DNA of 64,000 nucleotides from Naegleria gruberi (Eukaryota): the NCBI GenBank assembly GCA_000004985.1, contig GG738888.1. One strand, given 5' to 3'. Positions 32,165-42,235 of this stretch are shown one piece after another (positions within the stretch are counted from its first letter, which is position 1; every line of letters begins with the position of its first letter). Position numbers and translations under genes: made by a program. Under the pieces are notes generated by a model. That model had not been told where the DNA came from and did no database searches. It worked only from the letters and a program-made list of their open reading frames with translations.

Positions 32165-34388
32165 ATGGGAAAAAAGAAGAAGCCAGCTACCACTAATACA
32201 AGTGCCTATCAACAAGTGGATGATGATGGCGATTCTCTCTTGATACAGGAACCTGTTGTACTTCAATCAACAACACCAAAACAAGAACCAATTTTTAGTC
32301 AGGGAGGAAGTGTTCCTATTGATGATCAATTAGATGATGTTTACAATAATTCTCAAACATACAACAACAATACTTCATCATCGGTTTTTATTCCATCCTC
32401 CTCATCTAATGGAAACAATCCACCAAATAACAATAATAAGAATGATTTCGATGATGATGGAACTAAAGTAATGACCTTTGAAGAGGCTGTCGAATATATT
32501 GGATTTGGATGGTATCAAATATTCCTAATGAATATTTGTGGTGCTGGTAAGTGACAATCTAATAATGTGTTGGGAGATTTTAATCCTATTAGGTTGGTTA
32601 TTTGATGGTATCGAGTTGACAATGATTAGTTTTATTATTCCACAATTAACTGATGAATGGTCAATGACTCCAGTCCAAGCTGGATCTTTGGGAAGTGCTG
32701 TTTTTGCAGGCATGATGATTGGAGCTTGGTTGGGAGGTTAGTTTTTAAAAATCAAAATTTAGTATTAATTGCTTAATTCTAAATCATGTTTGAAAATAGG
32801 AATTGTTTCTGATAAGGTTGGAAGAAAAGTAAGTTTATTAATAATTGAGGAGTTTTCTGAAAATTGTAAAGTGGATCTTTTGTGGCAGTGTATTTATTAG
32901 TGCAACATTTGGGCTTGCCTCTTCATTTTCTAATGGATACATAGCTTTTATTTTCCTTAGATTCTTTGTTGGATTGGGTTTAGGTGCGATGGTTCCAGGT
33001 TTGTATCAAGTTGATTGGCTGCTTAAATTTATCAAATTCATATCATTTATTTAAATAATTAATAGTTGATTTTTCATTATGTGAGTATGAAAATATTTCA
33101 AAGTTTTCTAATTATCATGTTAGTTATGGAATTCATTCCACCAAAGAATAGAGGTGCTATTTTGGGTGTTTTGAACATTTATTGGAGTATTGGAGCTGCT
33201 TTCGAGTGTTTAATTGCCTGGATCTGTTTACAAGCTGGTGGTTTCAGTTTAGAGACCTCATGGAGATGGGTTGTTGCTTTGAGTTCAATTCCTGGTTTTG
33301 TAATATTTATTTCACGTTTATTTGTTCCAGAAAGTCCAAGATTCAATGCTCTCAGAAATAAGGCATCTGAAGTTCACAAGGTTATCAACACTATGGCTGA
33401 GGTCAATTGTATTTCTAGAGATGATCCAAAGAAGGGATGGATTTTCAGAAGATCCAAGTGGAGACTCAGACTTCCAAAAGTTGAAAAGCAACTGAGTCCT
33501 TGGGAACAATTGAAGAATTTATTCGCTAAAGATTACATTCTTGGTTCATTCCTGTTGTGGATTATTTGGTTCTTTATGAGTTTTGGTGGCTGGGGATGTA
33601 AGTATAATATTAATTTCCATATCAAGTTAACGTATTTTAATAGTTAATTGTAAGTATTCCATTATTACAGCGATTATTTAACAATTATACAGTCTTGTTA
33701 CCAATTGTATTTATCAAATTGCAGAACAATAACGTGTATTTGAATACTTTCTATGTAACTGGTGTAGGATTCATCTCAAACATTTTCACTTTATTTATTA
33801 TTGATAGAATTAGTAGAAGAGCCTTGATGAGTAGTACATTTATTATTACTGGTTTATTAACAGCAGTTGTTGGTATTAGTGAAGATCCAATCTATGTATT
33901 GGTATTTTCAATGTTGAGTAATTTCTTCTCTTCATTCCCATGGGCAGGTAAGTTTGTCACTTTACAAAAATTATCAATTCTTCACATCTTCTTCAGTTGT
34001 TTACACGTATACACCGGAATTTTACCCAACCTCTTTCAGAGCTACTGGTATGGGAACATGTTCTGCATTTACAAGATTGGCTGGTACAATTACTCCAATT
34101 GTTGGTGAAGTCTTGTTGAAGGAGAATTACTTTATTCCATTCCTTGTGTTTGGTATTGCATTCTTCATTAGTGGTGTGGCTGCAATCTTCCTTCCAAGAG
34201 AAACACTTGGTCAAGCTCTCGAAGACGTTTCAGGAGAATCTCACTTTTTGCCAAACTCAAAGAGCCACTTCCAAGTTGAAACTTTGGGCACTCCATCAGT
34301 TCCATCCTCAAGTACTGATCTCACTTCATCTCTTTTGGAAGAAGATAAGATTTATACTGCTTCCAATGATACAGCTATTAATGTTTAA
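32165..34388 (+). CDS. MFS transporter, SV2-related (SVOP-like), 7 exons
   Basis: Exons are 32165..32546, 32593..32736, 32800..32828, 32873..32998, 33124..33597, 33693..33947 and 33997..34388. Introns are 46, 63, 44, 125, 95 and 49 nt, and one donor is GTTTGT. The spliced protein ...GWYQIFLMNICGAGWLFDGIELTMISFIIPQLTDEWSMTPVQAGSLGSAVFAGMMIGAWLGGIVSDKVGRK... ...VYTYTPEFYPTSFRATGMGTCSAFTRLAGTITPIV parallels SVOP (...[35 protein letters not shown]). Confidence 0.7.
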
Positions 34389-34488
34389 TAAAACAAAGTT
34401 GTGTAAAAATTATTTCTAATCATTATCCCATTATTCAATTGGAATTACATTCGCAAATTGTTTTTTCAATTTATTAAAGTTAAGTATT

Positions 34489-34606
34489 GACTACGGCCAT
34501 ATCACGATGAATGCACCTCATCCCGTCCGATTTGAGAAGTTAAGCATCGTCGAGCCACATCAGTACTGAGGTTGGAGACAACTTGGGAACCTGTGGTGCT
34601 GTAGTC
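34489..34606 (+). rRNA. 5S ribosomal RNA gene (118 nt), solitary copy
   Basis: GACTACGGCCATATCACGATGAATGCACCTCATCCCGTCCGATTTGAGAAGTTAAGCATCGTCGAGCCACATCAGTACTGAGGTTGGAGACAACTTGGGAACCTGTGGTGCTGTAGTC carries the 5S hallmarks: helix I ends GACUACGGC/GCUGUAGUC, CCGUCCGAUnnnGAAGUUAAGC in loop B/helix III, and GGGAAC...GGUGCUGUAG at the 3' end. It is followed by T5. Confidence 0.85.
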
Positions 34607-34611
34607 TTTTT
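34607..34611 (+). terminator. Pol III terminator (T5) of the 5S gene
   Basis: TTTTT lies immediately 3' of the 5S helix I closing strand. Confidence 0.6.
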
Positions 34612-34740
34612 CTTAGTGTTAAAGAAAAAAGATATTGATTGCTTAATAAAAGTCTTTTTCAAACTAACACTTTTAATCCAACTTTTATGTAAAATATTAA
34701 AAATGACTCGCATTGAATTTCTATTATTTAACAGAGCGAG

Positions 34741-34965
34741 AAATCATACCAGATGAATCCTCACAGGAAAAAATTGAGAAGGAGGGCAACAACCACTTTG
34801 ATTATTGACCAAACTCTGGCTACTCATCCTCAGAGTGCAAGGAGGAGAGTTTCCAGATTCACATTTCAGTCTGCATGATCACTGAAATGTCCTTCAAGGT
34901 AAGTATGAAGAAACCAAAGAGTGGAAATTCGAACAAATCTTAAAAACCTTTCTCGATGGATGTTT
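34741..34965 (+). ncRNA. Candidate unannotated small RNA in the Pol III island, ending at a T6 run
   Basis: A locally GC-enriched, non-coding stretch lies between the 5S and tRNA genes. It contains a perfect 9-bp hairpin (CATTTCAGT-n10-ACTGAAATG, 34868-34895) and a TTCGAAC motif resembling a B-box core. It ends at TTTTTT (about 34958). No protein ORF longer than 41 aa is present. Strand and ends are uncertain. Confidence 0.2.
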
Positions 34966-35283
34966 TTTGAAAACTGAATTATGGTCGTTGTTTGTTTTTT
35001 CATGATTAGACTTCTTTGAAATAGTTGAACATGGAGCAAACACAGAGTGACATTATTACATTGAACTTTAATTGCGAGAATTGAACAAGGAGTTCAATAG
35101 ATAATAAAGAAAATGGGTCAAAAAATGTTCAACTGTGCATTATTGAATATTTCCATTTTGGTTTTTATTTACAATGATTGCCAAGGTTTACAACATTTTG
35201 AAGTCTTTTTGTAATGTCATTAAGGTTCTATTATTTGAGAATTGTTTCATTGCAATATTATTAAAAATACCAAATGTGTGAAA

Positions 35284-35354
35284 TCGGGTGTGGTATAGTG
35301 GTAGCATTCCAGACTGTCACTCTGGCGACCCGGGTTCAATTCCCGGCACTCGAG
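35284..35354 (+). tRNA. tRNA-Asp (anticodon GTC)
   Basis: The cloverleaf is acceptor TCGGGTG/CACTCGA (one G-U pair), D-loop AGTGGTAG, anticodon stem CCAGA/TCTGG with loop CTGTCAC (GTC), and T-arm CCGGG-TTCAATT-CCCGG. The discriminator is G and CCA is not encoded. It is near-identical in layout to eukaryotic tRNA-Asp-GTC. T5 follows 5 nt downstream. Confidence 0.9.
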
Positions 35355-35359
35355 ATTAA

Positions 35360-35364
35360 TTTTT
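35360..35364 (+). terminator. Pol III terminator (T5) of tRNA-Asp
   Basis: TTTTT lies 6 nt after the tRNA 3' end. Confidence 0.6.
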
Positions 35365-35723
35365 GCTTCCATAGCAGGTATTTACGTTTTGATATTTTTA
35401 CCATATGTTCAATTCAATTTAATCTATAAATCCATCATTTATTACAGTTTCATATCTTAAAACCATTAGTAAAATAGCCTCAGCTTTGGGTCTATTTTTT
35501 TGATTTTTTATCCATTTTTAAAAAAATATTAAAGTAAAAAAACTATTTTTTGAGATATCTCCCAAAGGTTCACCTAATATTTATAAATAAACAATTTAAT
35601 GAAATTCCTCAATTCATGGTATCTTAATTCTACGCACGACCACCAAAATAACGATTCTGCTCATCCTTCCACCACAAGGCATTCTCAAAGAAACTTAAAT
35701 AAAGCCAAGCACTCTTAAAAAAA

Positions 35724-36632
35724 ATGAGAAGAACAATCATCAGCTCAATCTCGAGAATTTCATCATCAACAAGGAAATCATCATCACTAACCGGATCATC
35801 ATCTTTAAATTATCATTATAATTTTACTAGATTGGATGCCAGAAAGGAGATGTTCCCTGAGGAAGCAGCAATTTTTGAAAAGATCGTTCTTCAAAGAAAA
35901 GCCATCAAATCTTTCAATTCCGATAAACCAGTTCCAATGGATGTATTAAATCATATTCTTGCACTTACTCAACGTGCACCAACTGGATATAATCTTCAAC
36001 CTTGGACTGCTGTTGTTGTTTCGGATCCAGAAAAGAAGAAGGCTCTTCATGAAGCTGCATTATCTCAACCCAAGATTTTGGAAGCACCAATCACAGTTGT
36101 TTTTGCAGCAAATCTTAATGCATTGGCCAATCAAAGTAAAGTGATCTCAATGAATGTACAAAATGGAATGATGAGTGAGAATGAAGCTGCCACCATGTCT
36201 AGAAACACAACTGCATTGCTCAAATCTGATCCAACCTGTATTATACAAGCTGCCAAATTTGTTGTTGGTTCAGTGTGGAGTTTATTTAAACCAATGATGG
36301 TTCCTCCAATCAATATGAAGGCTTATGTGTGGAAACAAACAATGATGCCAGTTCAAACGTTCATGTTGGCTGCCAGTAGTCATGGATTAGATACTTGTCC
36401 AATGGAAGGATTTGATGAGAGAAGAGTTAGACAAGTTGTTGGACTCCCTTGTAATTATTCTATTCCAATTATTGTCTCACTTGGTTATGCATCTGATCAT
36501 GCCATTAATCAGAGACCTCAATCTCTCAGATTGAATCCAGAAGATCAATTCTTTGACAATACTTTTGGAAATCAAAAGAAGGATATCAAATCATTCAATG
36601 AATCTATTCTGAATAAGAAGAATTCTCAATAA
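35724..36632 (+). CDS. Nitroreductase-family flavoprotein with a predicted mitochondrial presequence
   Basis: 302-aa ORF. QRKAIKSFNSDKPVPMDVLNHILALTQRAPTGYNLQPWTAVVV matches the conserved N-terminal nitroreductase motif (R-x-[SA]-x-[RK]-x-[FY]...P[ST]..N.QPW). The N-terminus is R/S-rich. Confidence 0.6.
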   Translation: MRRTIISSISRISSSTRKSSSLTGSSSLNYHYNFTRLDARKEMFPEEAAIFEKIVLQRKAIKSFNSDKPVPMDVLNHILALTQRAPTGYNLQPWTAVVVSDPEKKKALHEAALSQPKILEAPITVVFAANLNALANQSKVISMNVQNGMMSENEAATMSRNTTALLKSDPTCIIQAAKFVVGSVWSLFKPMMVPPINMKAYVWKQTMMPVQTFMLAASSHGLDTCPMEGFDERRVRQVVGLPCNYSIPIIVSLGYASDHAINQRPQSLRLNPEDQFFDNTFGNQKKDIKSFNESILNKKNSQ

Positions 36633-36733
36633 ATATAATACTATGATTTTATCATAGAAGAATAATTTATTAAATTGATTAATTTTTGAATTAATTGAAC
36701 ATCAACATTCAATAATTTATAATTTACAAAAAA

Positions 36734-38365
36734 ATGCAAACAAGCAAATTGTTATCAACATCGAGGATTTTCCTTCTCGGATCAAGCAAATTATTTACTT
36801 GTGGTTCTAGAGTTGTTATTAGTCAACAACCGATTTTTCAATCAACAAGACCATTTAGTACTCAATTGAATAAGTTATGCTCGGAATCATCAATAAGAAA
36901 ATCCAAGCCTTCGTTCAAGAAGGAAAAATCCTTTGGAGCATCATCATCGGAAAAGAAGAATAAACCAATCAATATGGAAAAGAAAGATTTTCAGAAAAAC
37001 AAGGTTGCACCATCAACAATAGAAAAGAAAGAAAAGAAATTAACCTATTCACCAGAGGAGAAGAGTCACTACTTTCAACAAATTATATTTCCTTTAAGAA
37101 AAGCATTGAAAGAAAGAAATATTGAAAAGTGTTTATGGTTTTTTGAAAGTGAAGCACCAAAATATTTAGTGAGCATTCCAATTCAAGAAACCAATGAAAT
37201 GTTAGTTCTTTTGGGTGGTGTTGGTAATTTCAAAAAAGCTTATGAGATGTACTCTAAAGTTTTGGAAAAGTATCAAAGTAGTGGTGGAGCCAAACCTGAT
37301 ATTAACACTGTTGAGAGTTTGTTCTTTGCTGCCAAACAAAATAGAGATTTATCATCATTGAATATGTTGAAAAGATTGGAGGTAGTATTGTTGGACGACA
37401 TGGAAGCTCTTAATCTTAAATTGAATAATAGAATTTTCCACGATTTGATTGCTGTTATATTATATGGACTTAGGGGTTCACATAGTGCTGATTTAAAGTC
37501 AGCTCTCAATGGAGAAGAAGTAAGAGGAACTCCATACTTGGAATTAACATCTAAAACTATTTTGGAATTATATAACAAACTCACTAATAAGACCAAGTTT
37601 GTACATACTACAATGATTCAATATCTCCAAAAAATGGGTGATGTTGAATATATTTTCCATATCTATGATGAATTGAAGAAGGGAGAAAATTCTGTTGCTT
37701 TAGATACTACATTTTACAATACTTTAATTATGTGTTTAATTTCAAACAAATTTGAAACCTATGACGATGTTCTTTTCATGTTTGAAGTCTACAGAGAAAT
37801 GGTTGAAGTTGGTGGATGTAAACCTTCGTGTCACACATATAACATGATGCTTTCTGCTCTCAAAGTAGCTCATGAAAAAAACATGTTTGAAAATAGAATT
37901 GAGTACAAAGAAAAAGTTTATGGCCTCTATAAGGAAATTAATTTCAGATTGAATCCAATTGAAATAGATCCTCCACTATTGAACCTTCTTTCTCAATTGT
38001 TGAGCTATATAGGAAAGTTAAAAGAGTCTAGAGAGTTAATTAACGCACAACCTTTAAATATTACACCTTTAACCGTTCAATTTTTATTGAGAAAGGCCGT
38101 TACAGTTGAATGTGAATCTATTGGGGACTTTAAGGCTAATGTAGCTCCATTACTTGGCTTGCTTTCTGATAAGGGGTATAAGATGACTTCTGAATTTTTG
38201 AACTTTTTGGTATTGAGAATGTTAGATACCTACAAACCACTCAGAATTATTGAAATACTTGTTCAATATGTATACGAACATTTTGGAGTTAAAATAACGA
38301 TAGAACCAAGAACAGTCGAAAAGAATAAGATGGATTTCATTAAAAAATTAAGAGAGACCGTTTAA
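36734..38365 (+). CDS. Mitochondrial helical-repeat (PPR-like) protein
   Basis: 543-aa ORF with an S/K-rich presequence. It contains repeated 35-aa helical units of the form Y..LI.......D..L.F..M...G..P...TYN.ML. Confidence 0.35.
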   Translation: MQTSKLLSTSRIFLLGSSKLFTCGSRVVISQQPIFQSTRPFSTQLNKLCSESSIRKSKPSFKKEKSFGASSSEKKNKPINMEKKDFQKNKVAPSTIEKKEKKLTYSPEEKSHYFQQIIFPLRKALKERNIEKCLWFFESEAPKYLVSIPIQETNEMLVLLGGVGNFKKAYEMYSKVLEKYQSSGGAKPDINTVESLFFAAKQNRDLSSLNMLKRLEVVLLDDMEALNLKLNNRIFHDLIAVILYGLRGSHSADLKSALNGEEVRGTPYLELTSKTILELYNKLTNKTKFVHTTMIQYLQKMGDVEYIFHIYDELKKGENSVALDTTFYNTLIMCLISNKFETYDDVLFMFEVYREMVEVGGCKPSCHTYNMMLSALKVAHEKNMFENRIEYKEKVYGLYKEINFRLNPIEIDPPLLNLLSQLLSYIGKLKESRELINAQPLNITPLTVQFLLRKAVTVECESIGDFKANVAPLLGLLSDKGYKMTSEFLNFLVLRMLDTYKPLRIIEILVQYVYEHFGVKITIEPRTVEKNKMDFIKKLRETV

Positions 38366-41208
38366 TATTCGTCATCAGAATCAGCTGCATGTCTAGACAA
38401 TAAAGCGTCGAAATCGTCCTCGACAACATTTGATTTTCTGCTTGGGAAATTGTAAGTACTTCTTTGTGGAATTACAGGGCTAGCATCATCGTCATTTTCA
38501 GAATCATGATGTAAGAAAGAGGTTGGAGAAAGAGGTTTGGAAATTGCTGGTTGGTAGGTAGTAGTTGGTTGAGGAGTATCTTCGTCATCAGAATCATCTG
38601 CAAACTTGTTCAAAATAGAGTCCAAACTACCTGGTTCTGGTTTAGAAGGAGCCAATTCAACTACTGGTTGACTGATTGGAGACTTTCTTGGAGAAATCTT
38701 AGTTTCTGATGAACGTCTTCTATCGTTATTTGTTACAACTGGTTTTGGTGGTTCATCATCTTCAGAGTCAGAATCAGCAAACTTCATTCTGGCAGCCATT
38801 TGATCCAAATGGATTTCTCCTGAATTGACTGCTGAAGTAACAGGCTTAGTTGCAGCAGGTTGAGAACTGAACACTGAGGAAGACATTTTCTTTTCTTTAG
38901 GAGATTCCTCATCGTCTCCTCCCCAATGTTTATCCATCAAAGAGTCAAAAAGCTTTGCATTTTCACGTTGAATTCTTTGTCTTTCCTCTTCTTCCTTTCT
39001 CAATCTTTCTTCTTCTCTTCTCAATTCTTCTTCTTCTTCTTGTATTCTGAGCAAGTTTTCCTTTTCTTGTTCATCCATAAACAAATTATTTTGATCTACA
39101 ACATTTGCTGGAACCTCATTCAAAATATTTTGAATAACATTTGGTTTCTTTGGATCTTGTGTTTGTGGTTTCTTTACAGTTGTTACAGGAGTTGGTTGAT
39201 TAAATGTTGGAGTTGGTTGGTTGAATTGAGGAGTAGGTGGATTAAAGGTTTGAGGAGGGTTAAAAGGTGGAGATGTAATTGCACTTGTTGGTGAGTCTTG
39301 AGGAATAAGTTGTGGCATATCAGGTACAGTGCTACCTGCCTTTCTATATTCATCATACCTGATCATTTCCATCATTTCAATCATGGTTTTCATGGCCTTT
39401 AAATATTTAGTAAATTGGTCAACATTCAAAGATGTTTGCACGGCAATTGGAGAAATTGAAGGCATTATTCTACATGCTATAATCTTAGTCAATCCTGGAT
39501 CATTTCTCTTTTGTAAAAGTTTAGAAATCTTAAGATAAACACCAACACAGGTAATTAAAAGTGGTGCAGAGAGTTGAGCACCAGATCTTTCAGCTCCATA
39601 AAGAGGAGCAAGAGATGATTCTAAAATTGGTATAATTGTAGCAGATATTACAGAGGTTTCAAAATGTGGTAAAATTTTGCCAAGACAAACAATACCATTA
39701 ATTCTTACACTTTGATTGTTAGTATTGTGACAAATCAACTCAATAGGTGGCAATAAAGTAGATTTGAAATCATCATAGGTCATTCTCTCTTCGTTCAAAC
39801 ATTCTTCACATCTCTTCATGGCTTCATTTTGAATTTCTGGGAACTTGCTATCTAGACATCTAATCAAGAATGGAATTAAACAAAGTCTATGGTCTTCATC
39901 AGTTGTCTTATTCCACATCAAGTTGAAACTTTCCAGAATTTTCAATGGAATTTTTGCAGGAGTGCTTTGCATCAATGCAAACTTTGAAAGAGTAGGCAAA
40001 ACTTGCTTACTAAATTCCTTGACTGTCATTCTTTCACTCAATACAAGTACGTTTGGCAATGCATGTAATAACATCTTTAAATCTTTGCATTCATTCAATA
40101 ATGGAGGTAAAATTTTAGAAAAGACAATACTGTTGGAAAATCCTTCATCTGGAATGTCTTCAACTCCATTAATCAATTGTTGAGGTTTAGGTGCTTTAAG
40201 CATAGGAGCAAGTGTAGACAAGAATTGTGCCTTCTTGACAGGCTCTCTAAGCTCCATACTGGCAAGATATCTCAATGCCCTAACTTCATTTCCGAATAAT
40301 AGTTCACAATTTGAAAGAAGGAAATGTGAGGTAGGTCTTTCCTGGTGTTTCAATGAGCATGAACTCAATAATGATTCTCTGATTTCTTGTGGAAGCTTGT
40401 TAATGTTCTTTACAACTTCATGCAATCTAGAAACGTTATTGGTGTATGCATTAATATCTTGATCAGATTCCAAAATAGAATGTGATTTTTCAAGAAGTAT
40501 TTGCAAATAAATAAGGGTAAAAGAAAAAATATCGGAAGAATTACAAGGATTTTGTTCTAACACATATTCAGGTGCTGTATAATCCAATGATGGAAGGAAA
40601 TCTCTTTTTTGAAAGTTTCTTTTGAAGAGAGTCGGTGCAGAGTTTGTTTCCGTAGATCCTAATGCTGTAAATGAAAAGTGAAATCCACTAATTTTCCAAT
40701 GACCATCAGTTGTAATATAAATATTATTTGGATGCAATCCAGCGTGAGTTAGTTTTGCATTTTGATGGCAAAAAGTTAAAGCTTCCATTACTTGACACAT
40801 TCCATACTTTAATTCCAACTTGGTTAAACGATAATTCTTCATCATTGGTGATACGTCAGGAATGTTTTGATGATTTCTAAACACTAAATTGTTCAATGAT
40901 CCTAGTATCGGTTCGGTTATCATCGCCAACATTGTTTTTGTTTCAAAGAATTGTTGTTGGGGAGACAGTATTAGAGGATGCCTGAGTTTTTGTAGCATTA
41001 GGCTTTCATTCTTGAAGTAATTTATCACAGTTTGAAGATTATTTCTTCCATAGACAGCTTCAATATCTTTAAAAGCACAACAAAACACAGAAACTTCCTC
41101 TCTTGTTTGTCTGTGAGTTCCGTTATGTATTCTCCAAAGGCAAAAAGGACCACCAGTTGCAAATGGTTTTTCTCCAATAGTATAATCCTTTTCTAATTGA
41201 TTGCCCAT
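38362..41208 (-). CDS. SCY1-like pseudokinase (SCYL1/SCYL2 family) with HEAT repeats and an acidic coiled-coil C-terminus
   Basis: 948-aa ORF. The N-terminal kinase-like domain (MGNQLEK..., HAGLHPNNIYITTDGHWKISGFHF) has degenerate catalytic motifs. HEAT-like repeats follow, then an E/R-rich coiled coil and a PT-rich region. Its stop codon overlaps the stop of the convergent gene 36734..38365 (TTAA). Confidence 0.65.
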   Translation of the reverse strand: MGNQLEKDYTIGEKPFATGGPFCLWRIHNGTHRQTREEVSVFCCAFKDIEAVYGRNNLQTVINYFKNESLMLQKLRHPLILSPQQQFFETKTMLAMITEPILGSLNNLVFRNHQNIPDVSPMMKNYRLTKLELKYGMCQVMEALTFCHQNAKLTHAGLHPNNIYITTDGHWKISGFHFSFTALGSTETNSAPTLFKRNFQKRDFLPSLDYTAPEYVLEQNPCNSSDIFSFTLIYLQILLEKSHSILESDQDINAYTNNVSRLHEVVKNINKLPQEIRESLLSSCSLKHQERPTSHFLLSNCELLFGNEVRALRYLASMELREPVKKAQFLSTLAPMLKAPKPQQLINGVEDIPDEGFSNSIVFSKILPPLLNECKDLKMLLHALPNVLVLSERMTVKEFSKQVLPTLSKFALMQSTPAKIPLKILESFNLMWNKTTDEDHRLCLIPFLIRCLDSKFPEIQNEAMKRCEECLNEERMTYDDFKSTLLPPIELICHNTNNQSVRINGIVCLGKILPHFETSVISATIIPILESSLAPLYGAERSGAQLSAPLLITCVGVYLKISKLLQKRNDPGLTKIIACRIMPSISPIAVQTSLNVDQFTKYLKAMKTMIEMMEMIRYDEYRKAGSTVPDMPQLIPQDSPTSAITSPPFNPPQTFNPPTPQFNQPTPTFNQPTPVTTVKKPQTQDPKKPNVIQNILNEVPANVVDQNNLFMDEQEKENLLRIQEEEEELRREEERLRKEEEERQRIQRENAKLFDSLMDKHWGGDDEESPKEKKMSSSVFSSQPAATKPVTSAVNSGEIHLDQMAARMKFADSDSEDDEPPKPVVTNNDRRRSSETKISPRKSPISQPVVELAPSKPEPGSLDSILNKFADDSDDEDTPQPTTTYQPAISKPLSPTSFLHHDSENDDDASPVIPQRSTYNFPSRKSNVVEDDFDALLSRHAADSDDEY

Positions 41209-41491
41209 CCCGTGTGATGAAGATTGATGATTGGAACAATAAATTTAATTTTTTTTAATAAATAATTTTTGTATTTTTAGATTTTATGTGTTGGCAATTA
41301 GAAATTATAATGAATGCACAAAGGAACATTACGTTGTTTCTCTCTTTGCTTTGTCAGGCAAAGGAGTAATTAGAATGTGAGCACTTCATACATCCATCTC
41401 CGATAGCAATATCATATTTATAATAATCACTCCTCATTCCGAAATCATATTTACATTTTATTTACAAGCACCATTTGAACATATTCAACAG

Positions 41492-42004
41492 TTATTCTTG
41501 AGATTGAATATCAATAGATCTAACCTTTGGAGTTTGTTTTTGTTCAGTCTTAATCTTTTCCAAAATAATCTTCAATTGACCATCTTTCATTTGAGCTTTG
41601 AGTTGTTCAATCTTGACATCATCTGGAATTGTGAATCTTCTCTCAAATGAAGATGAGCTTCTCTCCTTGATGTGATACTTTCCTTCCTTATCTTTCTCTT
41701 CCTTTTCATTCTTGGTTTCTCCTTTGAGAGTGAGTGTTCTTGTTTCTTCGTCCAAATCCAATTTAATGTTATCTTTTGTGAAGCCTGGAACATCAGCAGT
41801 TAACTCGTAGCTAGTTTCATTTTCCTTGACATCGACAGCTGGTGCATTGAAAGATCGTTGTTGAGAGAATGGAGAAAGTGAATCGAATTCTTTGAAGAAT
41901 GAATCGATATGTGGATCATTGAAGAAGTTGGCTGGAAAACCAAATGGTTTTCTATACACTGGATTCATAACCTTGTTAACGTTTCTTACTAGCTTATCAA
42001 TCAT
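41492..42004 (-). CDS. Small heat-shock protein (Hsp20/alpha-crystallin family)
   Basis: 170-aa ORF. The alpha-crystallin domain runs DVKENETSYELTADVPGFTKDNIKLDLDEETRTLTLKGE...FERRFTIPDDVKIEQLKAQMKDGQLKIIL. Confidence 0.8.
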   Translation of the reverse strand: MIDKLVRNVNKVMNPVYRKPFGFPANFFNDPHIDSFFKEFDSLSPFSQQRSFNAPAVDVKENETSYELTADVPGFTKDNIKLDLDEETRTLTLKGETKNEKEEKDKEGKYHIKERSSSSFERRFTIPDDVKIEQLKAQMKDGQLKIILEKIKTEQKQTPKVRSIDIQSQE

Positions 42005-42235
42005 TTCTATTTAGTTGTAATTGAAAATTTCTTTTTGATTTGGTTTTACAAAGTGCGCAATGTGTAAGTCAATTTATTGTTTGTAAATTCCGAAAACAAA
42101 CAACTTCCGATAAGATCTAAAAATGTTTTTCAATTTTTGATTGAACACTCTTTTGGGCTTGCTTCATATTCGGAACAAGTGAAAATAGACTCATTAGTTT
42201 GGTAATAGTAAGACGAATGGCTGATTCAGATTGAA

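Noticed and set aside
38926-39294. Phe/Leu-rich 122-aa plus-strand ORF
   Set aside because: It is antisense to the E/R-rich coiled-coil region of the SCY1-like gene. The low-complexity complement is read open by chance.
42005-42235. Heat-shock-element-like GAA/TTC motifs upstream of the Hsp20 gene
   Set aside because: The only TTCgGAA occurrences have the wrong spacing for the canonical nGAAnnTTCn arrangement, so this is not convincing.
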